DNA of 64,000 nt from Hydrolagus colliei (lineage: Eukaryota), in the NCBI GenBank assembly GCA_035084275.1, contig CM068742.1:39556001-39620000 (forward strand), in the 5' to 3' direction. The notes beneath the pieces are model-generated. The model worked only from the letters and a program-made list of their open reading frames with translations. It made no database searches and was not told where the DNA came from. Every line of letters starts with the position of its first letter. Positions within the stretch are counted from its first letter, which is position 1. Below are positions 24,696 to 38,115 of this stretch, one piece after another. Position numbers and translations under genes: made by a program.

Positions 24696-27132
24696 TTATC
24701 GTGGACGTTCAGTCAGAATATTCGTGGATTGAAATGACCAATTTTTATAATTATGTTTTTTTTGTACCAGGAGGAGTCTTAACAAATGGTTAAGATAACA
24801 CTTTAATTTGCTAATTCTTTTCTCCTTTATTAAAGCAGCAGCTTGTACATCAAAAACCAATAGGTAAACAAAGGGCTTGGGGTAGATAAACAGCCGGAGC
24901 CATCTCTATTATTTGAAAGATAAAATGCCATGTGTGAATGATGCACTGATATCTTCAGGCACTGTTCAAATCAATGTACTTTGGCTGAAACTAAAATTTG
25001 CTGGATTATTTTCCATGATGTCAGAGCCCCTTTGATTCAGGACGACTCATCCAGCTGCGAGGTATGGGCGATAAGCATCTACAGGCTGCTCTTTGGTGGC
25101 CTGATGGATGTGCTTGCCACGATTGCAAAAAGATTCAAGATGTGTCTTTCTTTCCAAGCCGAGCAGTCATGCCTGCAGGCTCATTACAAATGTATCCAAC
25201 AGTTATACTGACAACTCACCAGACTCGCTGCCAATAGAGAGGCAAAGCAGCCAAAGTGATAGGCAGTCTTGAGACCCAACTTGGTTACTATCCAGTTGAG
25301 CCACCGCTTTGATGAAGGGCTTCATTGGGCTACATGAACAAGTAACCAAGAACTGGGTGGTGCAGTGGCGTTGACCATTCACTGTTCACCTCTGACATTC
25401 GGGTTTGAATGAGGCCTGGATTATTTGAATGAGAGCCTCCTCTTTCTCCCAAGTGTATAAGGATCTGAAATGGGATGAAGTAAAGCTTGGGCACCCTTGA
25501 TCTGGTTCCCGCTGGGCACGGACCCTCATCACAGAGTTGGCTCAAGTTAGAACTTGTAATGAACATTGAATTGCAATTTTCACTCAGAAGAGACCGCAGG
25601 CCTGGCTAGATGGGAATACAAATGTATCCTGGTGCCTTGGAGTGTTGCTGGTCTGAGCTTGTGGTTTTGTATATTTATAAAAAGGCAAAGGAGGTGTTGT
25701 ATGCTGCTTGCTGTGTGTGTGACCTGAGAGGCTGGATGCTGACATTGGGTACTAAATATGTGAAATTTTCAGTCCCAGCACTTAATGCACTTACTTGATG
25801 GTGAGATCAAATACAAACCAATTAGAAAATCGTTATTAAAAATTACCACTCAAGAGGCCTATTTCTGGCCGCGGCAGAAAGTGTAAACCTCTTGATAGAC
25901 TGGAGAGAACAGGGTGTGTTTGTTGTTTTATTATTGTGTTGTGTGTTCTCCCAAAGTTTGGGAAGGGGGTCAGTGGACAGATCAAGATGCCCCCAGACAA
26001 GGGATGGCCAGATAGAGGGAGTTAATGGTGGTGGGATTCAGTTTGTGACACTGAAGGGCAGAACGAAGCAGTGTGGAAACTCATTGAGGCAGATTTAGGG
26101 CAGAAGACTGCCCCCGATGTTGTTACATGAGGACATTTTCTCAAAGGGTATAAATGGCGCTGACATCATAGAGGGAACTTCACATGGAGACCATGGCACT
26201 TTTTTAGCTGCTTTTTTACCTTTTGTAGCCTGCTGCTATTGAAGAGATTGCAGCACACTTGCTGCGGAAGTGCTGTCACCAATGGCAACAGCCTAGGTTC
26301 TTTCAGGCTCTGTCTATCGAGTTTGCATTCCCCACGGCTCCCAGCCGGGTGACCCTTTTAAGCATGCATTCCTGATACTTCATGACAAATGAGTTACAGG
26401 AACGAGCTCAACCTGGTCATATGCCATCCTTTGAACTTGGGGACGATCCGAGTGATTCTGCAGATGTTCCAGATGTGTCTTACGTCCTCTCAGGGCACAG
26501 TCAGGAACCGTCATACAATCCAACCAATGAGTTTTCACTCATTTTAAAGCCTTTTACTCTTTACGGCGCAACTCTAATTGTGTCCCGGCAGATTTCGGCA
26601 TGGTATTTAGCCAGCTAACATTTATCAGCGTGAGGTTCCAGCATCAGTATTTGAAACACAGAACTAAAATTCAAACAACACCTGCCTCAAGTCTGGGTCA
26701 TTTTTCACGAAGGACTTTCGTGGAGCAATATAGTTTGGAAGAAATGTAATCTCCGTAACCTGGAACTCAGATGGAAAAGATATAAAAGATTGTTACCTGA
26801 TCTCCCCAAACATATTCTATTATCTGCGGTAATGCAGCCAATGCCCGTGTGAAATGTATTTGCACATGTTGATACCAAACTCATTCACACATCACTGGCC
26901 AAGCAATCACCCACCTCTCTGAAGCCCTGTTTGCAGTACAGCTTCAAACTCACATTTCTTGGAAAGGTCCAGATGATTCAATCAGTTTCCAACTGGAATC
27001 CGGGCAGCTTGTTTAACTCTGTTTGTAAGATTTCTCCCCTTCTAGTTGTTTGACACCAGCTGTAACCTGAAATATCTACTGGTTCTAGTTTTAGCCATGA
27101 GATCATTGCCTTAACATTTGAGATTGCATGAG

Positions 27133-27330
27133 TATTATAATAATCTTTACATTTTATATAGCGCGTTTCACAGCTGGATGATGTTGCATGGCACTTCACA
27201 GGATTTACTGTAAAGTGTACTGACTGTGTACTTTGGTAGGCAAATGAGGCCGCCAATTTGCACCCAGCATTGTCCCACAAACAGCCAAGGAGTGAATGAC
27301 CAATTTTATTTGGGGGATTGTTGGCTAAAA
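27133..27330 (-). mobile_element. SINE 3' half
   Basis: ATAATCTTTACATTTTATATAGCGCGTTTCACA...GCCAATTTGCACCCAGCATTGTCCCACAAACAGCC...GAATGACCAATTTT. Confidence 0.8.
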
Positions 27331-27684
27331 GCTTGCTTCTATTCATGAAGAGTGTTACATTTTGAGTCAGCCTTTCTTTGAACGTAAATTTGGAAAATCT
27401 TTTAATCCAGTTCTTTTAAGAAAAAAATGAGAAAACTGTAAGACAAAATGGTCTCAAGGCTGAAACTAATTCAGCTCTCAAATCAAAATCACCTGGGATT
27501 ATGTGACTACTTGTGTGGCCATTGTAAACACTTAACCTGAAACTCTTTTACCGATAAAGACAAACAGGGTGGATGTGTCAATCTGGTAATGTAACAACAC
27601 CTAGACTATGATCTTGATCAGAGCTTAAGAAATCAGCAAATGAATATTCACTTGTGTTTTGTTCTGATTTCAACTAATATTGAC

Positions 27685-27848
27685 ATAATTGTCACTTCAA
27701 TCCACAACTGTTTGTGGGACACTGCTGTGCGCAATTGGCTGCAATATAGAATCAATTCATTTCACAGTTTATTCTGTGAAGCGCTCTGAGATGTCTAGAA
27801 GATGTGAACAGCGCTATATCAAATGCAAGGATAATTATTATTTTATTA
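27685..27848 (+). mobile_element. 5'-truncated SINE
   Basis: CTGTTTGTGGGACACTGCTGTGCGCAATTGGCTGC...GCGCTCTGAGATGTCTAGAAGATGTGAACAGCGCTATATCAAATGCAAGG. Confidence 0.88.
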
Positions 27849-30800
27849 CGATGAGAATTCTTTGGTATGTATGCATGTGGTGTGCGTCTGAGTGAGTGAG
27901 TGAGTGCCTGTGATTGCTGTACTGTTGAAGCATACATTTCCCATCATCATTGGCCCCCGGAGAATGGCAGGCCAGCACCTGTGAAAGGACTGCCCATTCC
28001 AGAGCTGGCACCTTTCGGAGAAGGAGGAAAGGAGATGGAAGAGGGGGAAAAAGTGATTGGAACGATACCAGGAACTGGAACCATTATCTACGTGCAGTTG
28101 AAAGCTTTGCCATGTCTTAATTAGAGAGTACAAAGCTTTGAAATAATTACCCAGAAGACATCACAGTTTACACACATTAATTGACTATGTGCTTGCCAGG
28201 ACGCTCTTATGTTTCATCAGACAGTGAATGTAAAGCCACTGATGCACGCCACCTGCTTTTCCAAGTGTATTAAAACATGGTGTCGATTATGAAATTATTG
28301 TTGTTTGACATTTAAAATGGTGCATTAATCACAGTTAATTATATGACATAGTACAGCACATGCCAGAGGCCAGTTGTGGAACTGGTGTCTGTGGGTGATT
28401 TAGAGGCAGAATGAAGTGGTTGGCAGGGGATATTTTGATTGCTGAGTGCTGCTTGTGCAGAGGAATCGGCATCGAGGAAGTGGGAACATGTTGGGAATTA
28501 ATGCGGTGAAATCCTGTGTCGGTCCTGTGAGCTAAATTGATTTGAAACTCTTGGGGGAAGAAAACACCCTGGGCTCTCATTACAGCGATTCTCAAACATC
28601 CTCAGTAGTTTTGATGGAAGTTACATGATGGAGTTGATGGTGGTTAGTTATTAAGAGTGAGGTGGATATAGGAAGGAGAGCTTGATGTTTAATTTTTTCC
28701 AAAGCAATGTTTTTTTATTTGCAAAACCTGGATGAGCCAGTTAGACCTGCCTATACTTTCCTGGGTTTTGATATTGGACAAAATCTCATCGGGAGTGGAA
28801 CAGTGAAGCGCTTTCTCCCAGCCGAAGCTGAAAGAAATTCCCACAGTGCGGTGAGCAGCCTAACCTGTAGTTACAGGCCTCAGTGTCTCTCTTCAGTGCT
28901 CAGAGATGCTACCCCCGCATGAAGTGTGTGAGATAAATGCAAGTTCTTGTTTAGAGACTGCTCCAGGCCAGACTGTGTGTACATGTTTTCATTTTAAAAT
29001 CCACTAATTACTTACTCAAGCGCCATACGCAAGTGTTCAGAGTTTGTTTCTGGAGAAGGTCCTATCAGAAATGTGCTTGTGCCTTTTTCTTGGAACTACT
29101 GTATAAAAAGGCAAATGATAGATGGTAGAGAGAATGGCAAGTGTTATTAGAATTTTTTTAAGTGTGTGTTACATATGCTAAATAGAATTGGCTGTGTTTT
29201 CACAACCATTGTGTACGCTCGGCCTCCAGTCCGCTAGCTTTATGTGAGTGTCATTTGAATGTCAGCCTGGAGATTTCACTTTGTTAGTAAAAAGTATTAA
29301 CAAGCCAGTAACTACTACCATTATCACTGCTTTTGGAAAAATGAGAAGAGTTCTGATTTAAATTGCTTGTACATCAACTAAAAGCCAGTTCATTCCAATT
29401 ATGTTCAAAAAATAGACAGCAGAATGGCACAAATTAATCAAATTTGAGGCAAGAATAGAAGTTTAGTGCTTGTGAAAACAGGTCTTAAAATGGGGGAGAA
29501 GAGCCGTCAAACTGACATAAAAAATGGTTAGTTTATTAAGTCTATGGGATTGTGTGTCTTGACCAAGCCTGTGTGCCACCATTGAAAGGGAACAAGGCAG
29601 TAGGCTGTGCCTGGAGACATTTTCTCCCCCTGATTGATGCCACTGTAGCTGTGAATGAACTTCTTGCTGAGTTGGAGGTCAGAGGTCTCACTGCAGTGCC
29701 AGCTGACAGGCTTGCTGTGTGATGATGATGCTCTCCTATTCAGAATCGAAAAGGCAAAACTACATTTCCTCTTATCAGATTGCCTAGGAATGCCCTGAAC
29801 ATTCATGAGAAGGCGGCTTTCTCAACAGTAAGACTACCCCACAAAAAGATGTACTTCACGTTTACTCCTATGGGGTTCCATTCCTAGTATTTCCAGATGT
29901 GTTTAGAGAGCAATAACTACCCAATGTCTTTTAGAACAGGTTTTTGAGTTAAAAGTTGCCGTTGGGTTTCTTCAATGGTTCAGACATTCTGAAATGTTCA
30001 CAATAAAGAAAAAAAATAACAACTTGCATTTATGTAGCTCCCTTCATGAGGGACAAGGTTTTGTATGCTTAAAAATAACATGAAATGGAAGTGTCTTTTA
30101 ATAGAGGGTAATAAAATACAAGGGGCAGTGGGTATCAATTCAATACTTTGTGCAAATAATACACCCGTATGTGTGTGGTTTTGACCCCCAATTCTGGTCT
30201 CAGTAGCATTCTCCGTGAAGCCTGTTAGATGGAGTTCTGGCTCGGGCATATCCATTACTGCTTAGCAAGATGCCAGCTTTTTAGTAAACAAAAAAACTTA
30301 AATGGCCCATTTCCCATTAACTGGCAGTCTGGTGCAAACTACAAGTTGAATATGGCTGACCTCCCGGCTTTGCTGACATCGTCTTTGAGAACAGATACGT
30401 AATGTCTTCAACTGCGTTATTGTACATATGTACATGATATTATATACCTGAGTAAAACACTGTATTAATTGGGTCTGCATTCAGATACATTCAGATTTGT
30501 TGCATGCCCTGAATATCAAATGGACCGCTAAATTATCCCCACATTTTTCAGTGACTGTGAAAAAGAGCAGAAAACTTTTTCTGATGGATTCGGGAAGATG
30601 CTTCGTGGAAAATGACTTTGTGTATCTTTGCTCTCTTACTCTGTCCCTTTTGCTGTTATCGTCTGTTATTAATTGCTGCAAGCAGCAATCTGTCAGTGAA
30701 GCAAGTTTGTGGGATTTTAAATGTGCCTGATGTAGTGCTCTGGAATCATGTTTTCTCCCACGACTCCACACAATAATAGATTGACATAAATGATGACAGA

Positions 30801-31164
30801 GATACGGGAACACTAGAATGGAAAACAACATAATGGTTTATGTTAATTGTTTATTAAGGCAATTGCATAAAAGGTGTGTCTTCAGTAGATAATCACTACA
30901 TTGATATGGAAGTGTTACTTCTTTGTCAAACCAAGTGCATTATTATGTAATATATCCATGATAATATATACCTCTGTAAAACCTATTAGAGAACCATAGT
31001 GCTTTACCGCATTTACCGCTGTAAAGTGAGTGTAACAATATCTATACTGGTTTGTTATATGCCTGTCAAACAAGATACATAGTGTGGTAAATAATATGCT
31101 GTTATAACATTCTGCTTGCGTTGTTTAAACCAGGCTTAAGTTATGATGTCTTCACTCTCTTTGT

Positions 31165-31480
31165 AATAAAATCATAACAGAGGTTCAGATCATATCCCAT
31201 TGTATCATATTTTTCCAGAAGAGCCCTAACCGTTACCTTTTTCCTATTACAGATTCAGGCTGTGTCTTAGAGAAGTCCAGTATCTTGGCCTCTGCTACAC
31301 TTCCAAGTAACCTGTTCCAACTATTGATTCCTCTTTGTGTAAAAAAAATACTAGCGGTGTCTGTCCTAATATTGCCCTTCACAGCCCTGAATCAGCTACC
31401 TTGTACTGCCTTGGTGTATCTGAACGTATTATTCTGAGTTTAGTTTCTCTATCAGCATTTAATGTACCTCTGAGCTTCTT
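31165..31480 (-). mobile_element. Decayed CR1 3' fragment
   Basis: CTGTTCCAACTATTGATTCCTCTTTGTGTAAAAAAA is the reverse of an FFTQRxxxxWN-coding segment typical of the CR1 ORF2 end. Confidence 0.55.
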
Positions 31481-33637
31481 GCCATCGCATTTGACTAATT
31501 CCATTACTTGTCCTGCTAGCATCCAACCCCACTGCTATGCAGCTTTCCCTGATGCTACCTTGTTTGAAGAGTGTCGAGTTGTTGCTGTTGTCACTGCTTG
31601 CTGGGTAAGCACCAAATCCAGACAATTTCAGCGGTTAGACACACTTCCTACACACAAAATGAATGCTTGTGGGGAGCTTTTTAATGTGAAGGAACATTGG
31701 CTATAACCAAACCTTCGCAGGCAGTTAGTTGACTGCAGGAGTTCAGAGGTTTTAATTTTCGGCATGTAAGGGTGAGTCTCCAAAAACGTGTTGGGTTTGG
31801 AATACCCGAGGCTCAGTGGTTTGCTGCCTGGGATGCTGGCACCAGTTTAATGATACAGTGACTGCCGGTCAAACACTAACCGCTTCAGGTTGCACATGTT
31901 AAATAAATGGCTGACTCGGGTTACCCTCACAACCTTTCAGATTTATTACCTGATACTTGAGTACAAAACACATGGAGCTATAAGTGCTCAGTCAAAATCC
32001 TCATATCGGCTATTGAAGATGTTGAAATGATTAAGATCCCAATTACCTAAAGTCTTCGTTTAGCTACTTTTTTCTTCCCTTCTTCCTTATTCTCACTTTC
32101 AGTTTTAAACAAAATTAGTGCAGCATGCTGGATGATATGTCAAGGAGGAGGCATATGTTGTTAAACAAAATACAATTCTAAAGGAGTTTTTTTTAAAAAG
32201 AGTAAAATCATTTGGTGACTAGGTTTCCGTGACGTTGAATAAATGTGGTTTGTTTGCAATGAGCATGTATTAACTGTTTAAAAACAGGCTCTGAATTCAA
32301 CTCGGCAATACTGCCTGTATTTTATTTTAGTAAGGCTACAATTCTAAGGAGTTTGCCACTCACAAATTCTACACTAAACAATTTGCACTGTCCCATGAGT
32401 GGAGCTACTCTCACCAACTGACAAGCACCACGAAGGGAGTTGCTATATGAGATGAGCATTCAGATAGACAGTTAATATCAGTCTCTTACAAATGCCATCT
32501 GATGCCTAGAATGGCTTTGGTGAAGCCCAAACACCCTCGATGCAACATTATTACAAATTTAAGCTTCCTATTTACATTTTCTTGTTGTCCATCACTGGAG
32601 AGCAAGACAAGAAAAGGGAATGGTGTTTGAGTCATTGCATTGAGAACAAAGATACAAAGAGTCGAAAATCTGCCAAAGGGCATAGTTGATGGGGTTCGCT
32701 ATTTAGAGAATTTGATGACTGCCACTGATCAATGTATTCTGCAGGTTAACCACAATTTATGTGAGCATTGGAATAGAATCAAATTACTTTGTGAAACATT
32801 TTCTTTCACGGACTAACTGATCTGAATCCATGAACAGAAGCCATGAAATAATCTGATTGATGGTATAAATTGATCAGGAATAGGTTTCTGCATGTTTATT
32901 AAGAGTAGCAGCAAATGAAAGTGCAGTGAAGACTGGGTTTTCCTGCACACTTGCCAATGCTGTATCTGCATTTTTTTGGAAGCTACAAATTGCCCCAATG
33001 GCTGGCGTTAAGATCCCACCCTAAGTAACCTGAATGCGGCCAAACTAAATCTTGCAATGCTCCTCTCTACAATACAGCTCACTGAAGTAGCCTAGTCCTG
33101 AAGTAGGCAATTTTCAGTTGCTATAGAAAAGTGAATATTTGTTAGGGGGGAAACCATGCATAACCACCTGGGTCTAGATTTACTCTTATTTGGTTCAAAT
33201 TTCAGTGCATCCATTATTCAGCAAATTCTTAAATATCATTTTAACTTACAAGCCAGTTTTCAAAATTAAGACAGTATTTAATTAAGTGTTTGCCTATTTA
33301 TGAATCTCCTGAAGTATTAAGAATATAGAGCAAATCTAGACCTAGATAGAATTTCTCCCTAGTAGTTTCCTTTACTTCCATATAGTCTGCATGTATCCAG
33401 AACAGAAGCTATAGGCTTTTTCAATTGAATTATTTTACTCTGTGAAGGAGAAGAATGTAAAACAAGTCTGTGCAAAGGTAGAGAGTTGGGAATAGAATAG
33501 TTGTCAAGTGGATGAGCCAAAACTAGTTTAGGTTTGATGCACCAAATAGCTTCCTCCTTAGCTGTTGTTTTATATCATTCTATAATATTCCCTGAATTTT
33601 CTTCTGCGGGTTCAAGAAAAATATCATGCCCAATACA

Positions 33638-33695
33638 AGCGCTCTGAGATGCTGTCCGGTGTGGAGGGCGCCTTATAAATCGAAGTTGTTGTTGT
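33638..33695 (+). mobile_element. L2-type 3' tail, GCGCTCT subfamily
   Basis: AAGCGCTCTGAGATGCTGTCCGGTGTGGAGGGCGCCTTATAAATCGAAG(TTG)n. Confidence 0.7.
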
Positions 33696-34919
33696 TACAA
33701 CCACCAATCACTATTTGCATTTAGATAGTGCCTTTCAGGCAGGGTAAAGTGTTGAGATGCTTTACAAGGATGGGATTTGCTCTATATTCCAGATGTTTGG
33801 GGACATTAAAACTGAAAGCTCAGACACTGTGGTGGCTCAGAGAGGGCAGGCGATGTGCAGCAAGCCTGAGCTAGCATAGGAGTAGGTTAGAAGGAGATCA
33901 GAGAGAAATAGAGGTGCCTAGAAGTGGATGGATTTATAGGTGTGAGGGTGAGGTCCTTGAAATCGATCCACTAGTTCAGCCACTCCACTGATGATAATTT
34001 TATAGTCACACAGTGTATCAATTCCCACTGTTCATCCACAACAGATTTTCTGAGTTTATTAAATTCACATTTTGCTCAATATTAATCCCGCTGCCAATGC
34101 TCTTCCAAGCTCCTGTACTGATTATTCTATTGTATATTTTAGACAAGATGACACCCTAGTGTTTGCATGCTTTCTGCCTTGGTATTCTGATGTCTTACAT
34201 CAGTGTAATCTGCTTTTGATTTTTTGGATCCACCGTTGTTAATTTTTTTGTAATAGTAAATATTGACTTGCTATTTACGCATTAGCACCACACCTTATGC
34301 AAACGTGGCCTGGCAGTCTGCCCTAGGCTTGCAAAATACACCATCACCTCCCCCAGTTTTTTTTTCTAAAAAGGGCTTTAATAAAAGGAACATCCTATTC
34401 CTCCTGTTCACCATCACACACAGATGCACACTGAGCTGTCTTGTCGACTGACATACCTGACGTTTTTAAATGCTGCTGTTGTAGTGTAGGATCGCTCACC
34501 ATACTCATTGTGTGTGCCACAGCTACTGTGATACCTTAACCTGAGTGGCTGATACACTGCTGATGGGTTTTGATCTCTTTATCCTGGTTCCAGTGATATT
34601 AGATTCTGCTGATAGTCCTCCTACTGTTCACTTGAAAAATCTATTTTTAAGAACATCTGCAATGGTAAAGAAAGGAATGGTGCAGAAATTCCCCTTCAGC
34701 ATACACACTGCAGTTTATTAAGTCAATAGCAGTAATACCAACTTGCGTGTGAAACACCTTTCTTTCTCCCAAAAGATTGTCTTAAAGCTCTTAACAAATA
34801 TAATGGCGATCACTGAGGAGGGAGTAAGAGGTGTTGAATAAAGACACAGACAAACAGATATGTTTTTGAAGCCAGGGAGAAAGTTAGCACGGTAAAATGA
34901 CCTTGAAGGTAATTTCTGT

Positions 34920-35160
34920 AGAATCGTAGCAATTTACAGCACAGAAGAAGGCCTTTTAGCCAATAGTTTCTGTCCTTGCTTTCCGAAAGAGCTTTCCATT
35001 TAATCCTATTCTCTTGCCCTTTCCCATTCACTCCCTGCGAGTGCTTTTTAAAAATATTACTCAATTTCCAATATTTATCTAATTTTCTCTTAAGGCTAAT
35101 ATTGATTCTGACTGAACCACACTTCTAAGCATTCCACTTCTTAGCAGCTTTCTCTGTGCA
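34920..35160 (-). mobile_element. CR1 3' end fragment
   Basis: TACAGCACAGAAGAAGGCCTTTTAGCCAATAGTTTCTGT...GAAAGAGCTTTCCA, homologous to 52782-52945 and 56995-57185. Confidence 0.6.
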
Positions 35161-36094
35161 AAGGATGCACACGAGATAAAACTCTTGAGGTCATCAATTG
35201 TGTGTGTTTAAAAAATACACCGGAAGTGTTCCCTGCTTCTAACTAACAAGCTTGTTTATGATGAAGAGACCTGTGATGTGGATGCAGCTGGCTGAATGCC
35301 CCACACTGTGGATTGTTAGTGACATCATCGGCCACCAGCATCCTGTGGTCGCCACAAGCCTCTGCTTCCCATTAATTTCTGCAGGAAGCCAAAGCCACTG
35401 CTCATGTTGTTTCGTAAACATTGTGGATGATGAGGGAGGAAATCATGCAAAGTTTGGAAGGACAAAATAACAAAAATGCATGAATTGTATCAGTATAGTA
35501 ATTATAATAATTGCTTTTGGATATATTGCCTGATTGAGACAGTGCTTCACAGGAATTAGTGTAAAATATAGTGTCTGTATTTTGTAAGCTAACATGGCAG
35601 CCAATTGCTCATACCAATGGCCTATAAACAGCCATGAAGTGAGTAACCTGTTTGATGTAGGGAATTCTTGGCCAAAACACGAGGAAAATAAACAATGGCC
35701 ATTGCAAATTTACCTCCAATTTACCCCTTGAAAAAAGAAAAAAAACCATTCAGTCTGTTTTAATGAAACCTCTTTAAGTTGAAAGAACTTAAATGTTTAT
35801 AGCTCTTTGTGGCGTAACATCTCAAAGTACCAAACAGTTAATCACTGGACATATCGCAACTATGTTTTGTTGGTGAATGTAGCACCCATTTGCATCAGGT
35901 TATGAGGTGAATGACTAGAGGATTATTAGTCAATGCACTGGGGGAAATATTTTCATAGTCTCTTTAATGTCTGCTTGAGCAGGTGACGTCTACCTGAGGC
36001 GAGGGCTGTTATCGTTGAATTCCTGAGTTATAAACTTCTATTAAATTGGTTGTGGAGGATTTCATTGATAGACTTCCTCCATTACAGAGAAAGG

Positions 36095-36247
36095 ATTGAC
36101 TGTTTGTGGGCTCCTGCTGTGCGCAGTTGGCTGCCGCATTTCACCCATTAATATATCGTCAATTCACTTTACAGTATAATCTGTGAAGTGCTTTGAGACG
36201 TCTAGAAGATATGAAAAGCGCTATATCAAAACACAAGGATTATTATT
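36095..36247 (+). mobile_element. 5'-truncated SINE
   Basis: GACTGTTTGTGGG...CAATTCACTTTACAGTATAATCTGTGAAGTGCTTTGAGACGTCTAGAAGATATGAAAAGCGCTATATC. Confidence 0.88.
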
Positions 36248-37449
36248 CATCTTGGTAAACTCGTCTGCTTTCTCCTCCCCAAACCCCTGAGCTGAAACAG
36301 CTTTCTCTACTTGGTGTTCAACGCCCCAGATCTCAAGAGAAGTTCAGATAAAGGTGGACTTTCAGCTTATTTTGATTTATTTCTCCAGAATACCTGTCCT
36401 ATCATCCTCCCTTTACAGCATCAAGCTGTTTCTTCAATGAACTCTTGTGACCTGGCTTCAACCAATAGCTGGTGTAAGCTATTACAGCTGTAGATTACCC
36501 TCCTTGTAAAGAAGTGTTAAGAGTACCTGATTCACCAGCGATGCTCAGAAGTGCCTGTATATTGGGGTCGATGTAAACAGGTCTATGTGAGAGGCCATCA
36601 GAGGTACTGTTATCATCCAGATCCTGCTGGAAGACCAGCTCCTGACTGCTTGATTTGAAGAGAGTTATCCTCTGATGAACGGAGAGTGCACCGTCATTGC
36701 TACCGGCTTGATTTGGAGGTGATGACATGACATTCCTGAGGACAGAATTGCTCTTTTTCTTCTCTGAACAGGGCTGCCTTTTAGAGCTTCACTCACTGAG
36801 GAGAATGAACTCCACGACTTCTGTGTTTCATTTTCCCTCAGTGCCACATTCATGTAGAAGGGTCGAAGTTTTATCCCACTGTTTGCATGTCCACACGTGC
36901 TTTGTGATGTAGGGGTGTCATGCTTCCCATGTCCTCATCCTTGTTACCTGATCAGAGAGTGTGAGTCCCAATTGAAAGGAAGATTTGCCCGACAAAGAAA
37001 AGAACGAAACCTGATCAAAAATACAAGTTGAGAAAATTATGCTGTGAGAATCAATATTGTTCTTTGCTTTTTGGAAAACTTATATAAATATTGTTTGATG
37101 GAACCGCCCTTTGAAAGAGACTATTCATTAGTTTGCAGGAGCACAATCCACTCAATGTACTCTTTCTCTCTGTCTCTCACTCACTCATTCACTCACTCAG
37201 ACACACACCACACTCCCTCTTGCAAACACACATACTAGACTGGTTTCCTTCATTAGTTTTTTTTCTTTAATAAAAACCAACTAAAAAATATGGTATTCAA
37301 TAGGGCAGTTTACATAAATAATGAAGTAACTGACCTTTTAATAAGACATAAACTGTTATAGGGCATATCTAGTGCATAGTAAATTCTGAACATTGACAGG
37401 TGACACTTTGAAGATTTTTCTTTTCTCTCCTCCCCCCTACTTTTGTTTT

Positions 37450-37767
37450 CTGCTCAAAGTACTGACTTGTGTTGGGGAACTGGCACTGAATGCCAACAAT
37501 CACTCACCTGAGAATACATATCGGCACAGGTAACTCTTGCCAGTGAGTACCTGCAGTTTATTTGACTGTAGGCACCATCACAGCCAAGCCTGATCCTTCC
37601 CCTCTACCCCAAATACATTTATGGATGTATACTTTCCTCTGATTGCCACTATTTTTTTCAGGAGAATTGTAGAGTACCCACTGCCATATTTACTAAATCA
37701 GTTAACTCAATAAATTGCTCGTCCGAATGTCTCAGTTGCATCCTAACAGTCACTTTACTAACTAAGC
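37450..37767 (-). mobile_element. Ancient SINE-like relic (family A), interrupted at its head by the hAT MITE
   Basis: CATCACAGCCAAGCCTGATCC and AATTGTAG...AAATCAGTTAACTC match the other family A copies. Confidence 0.5.
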
Positions 37768-38115
37768 CAGTGGTTCCCAACCTTCTTTTTTGCTGCGATC
37801 CAACTTAATCACCAACAGGTCCTCGTGACCCAATTTTTTTTGCTGCAACCCAAATTAACCTCCAATTGGTCCTCCCACGACTAGGGGGTGACATCGCAAC
37901 TGAAGGGAAGCTCAGCCAAAACGTTATCTCCGTCTCTTTTTGGACTTAGCGCAACTCGTAGGTATGCTCTTTCATACAAATTGATCGGCGGTGTCGCCTC
38001 GGGCGCTTTTCTTTTAGCATTAAAACAGCATTTTGAATATTAAAAAAAAATTCTGATGACCCTTTGCGACCCAACTGAGGATCCCTGCGACCCTGATTTG
38101 GGTTGGGAACCACTG
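37768..38115. mobile_element. hAT (Charlie-like) MITE
   Basis: Perfect 15-bp TIR CAGTGGTTCCCAACC/GGTTGGGAACCACTG, perfect 8-bp TSD AACTAAGC (37760-67, 38116-23), subterminal GCGACCC-type repeats. Confidence 0.95.

Noticed and set aside
26382-26618. Protein-looking ORF MTNELQERAQ...
   Set aside because: No recognised homology and no convincing splice donor.
26637-26656. miR-338-3p-like sequence (TCCAGCATCAGT)
   Set aside because: 12-nt match only, with no complementary 5p arm.
26978-27346. 122-aa ORF and other ORFs ending in RYIKCKD-like peptides
   Set aside because: The recurring peptide is a translation of the non-coding SINE tail.
400-34750. Window-wide enrichment of TTGCGTG (XRE) sites
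   Set aside because: About six scattered copies; I cannot show this exceeds background without a computed model.
36673-36700. CTGATGA followed by an ACGG/CCGT stem as a hammerhead
   Set aside because: Lacks the GAAA core after the stem.
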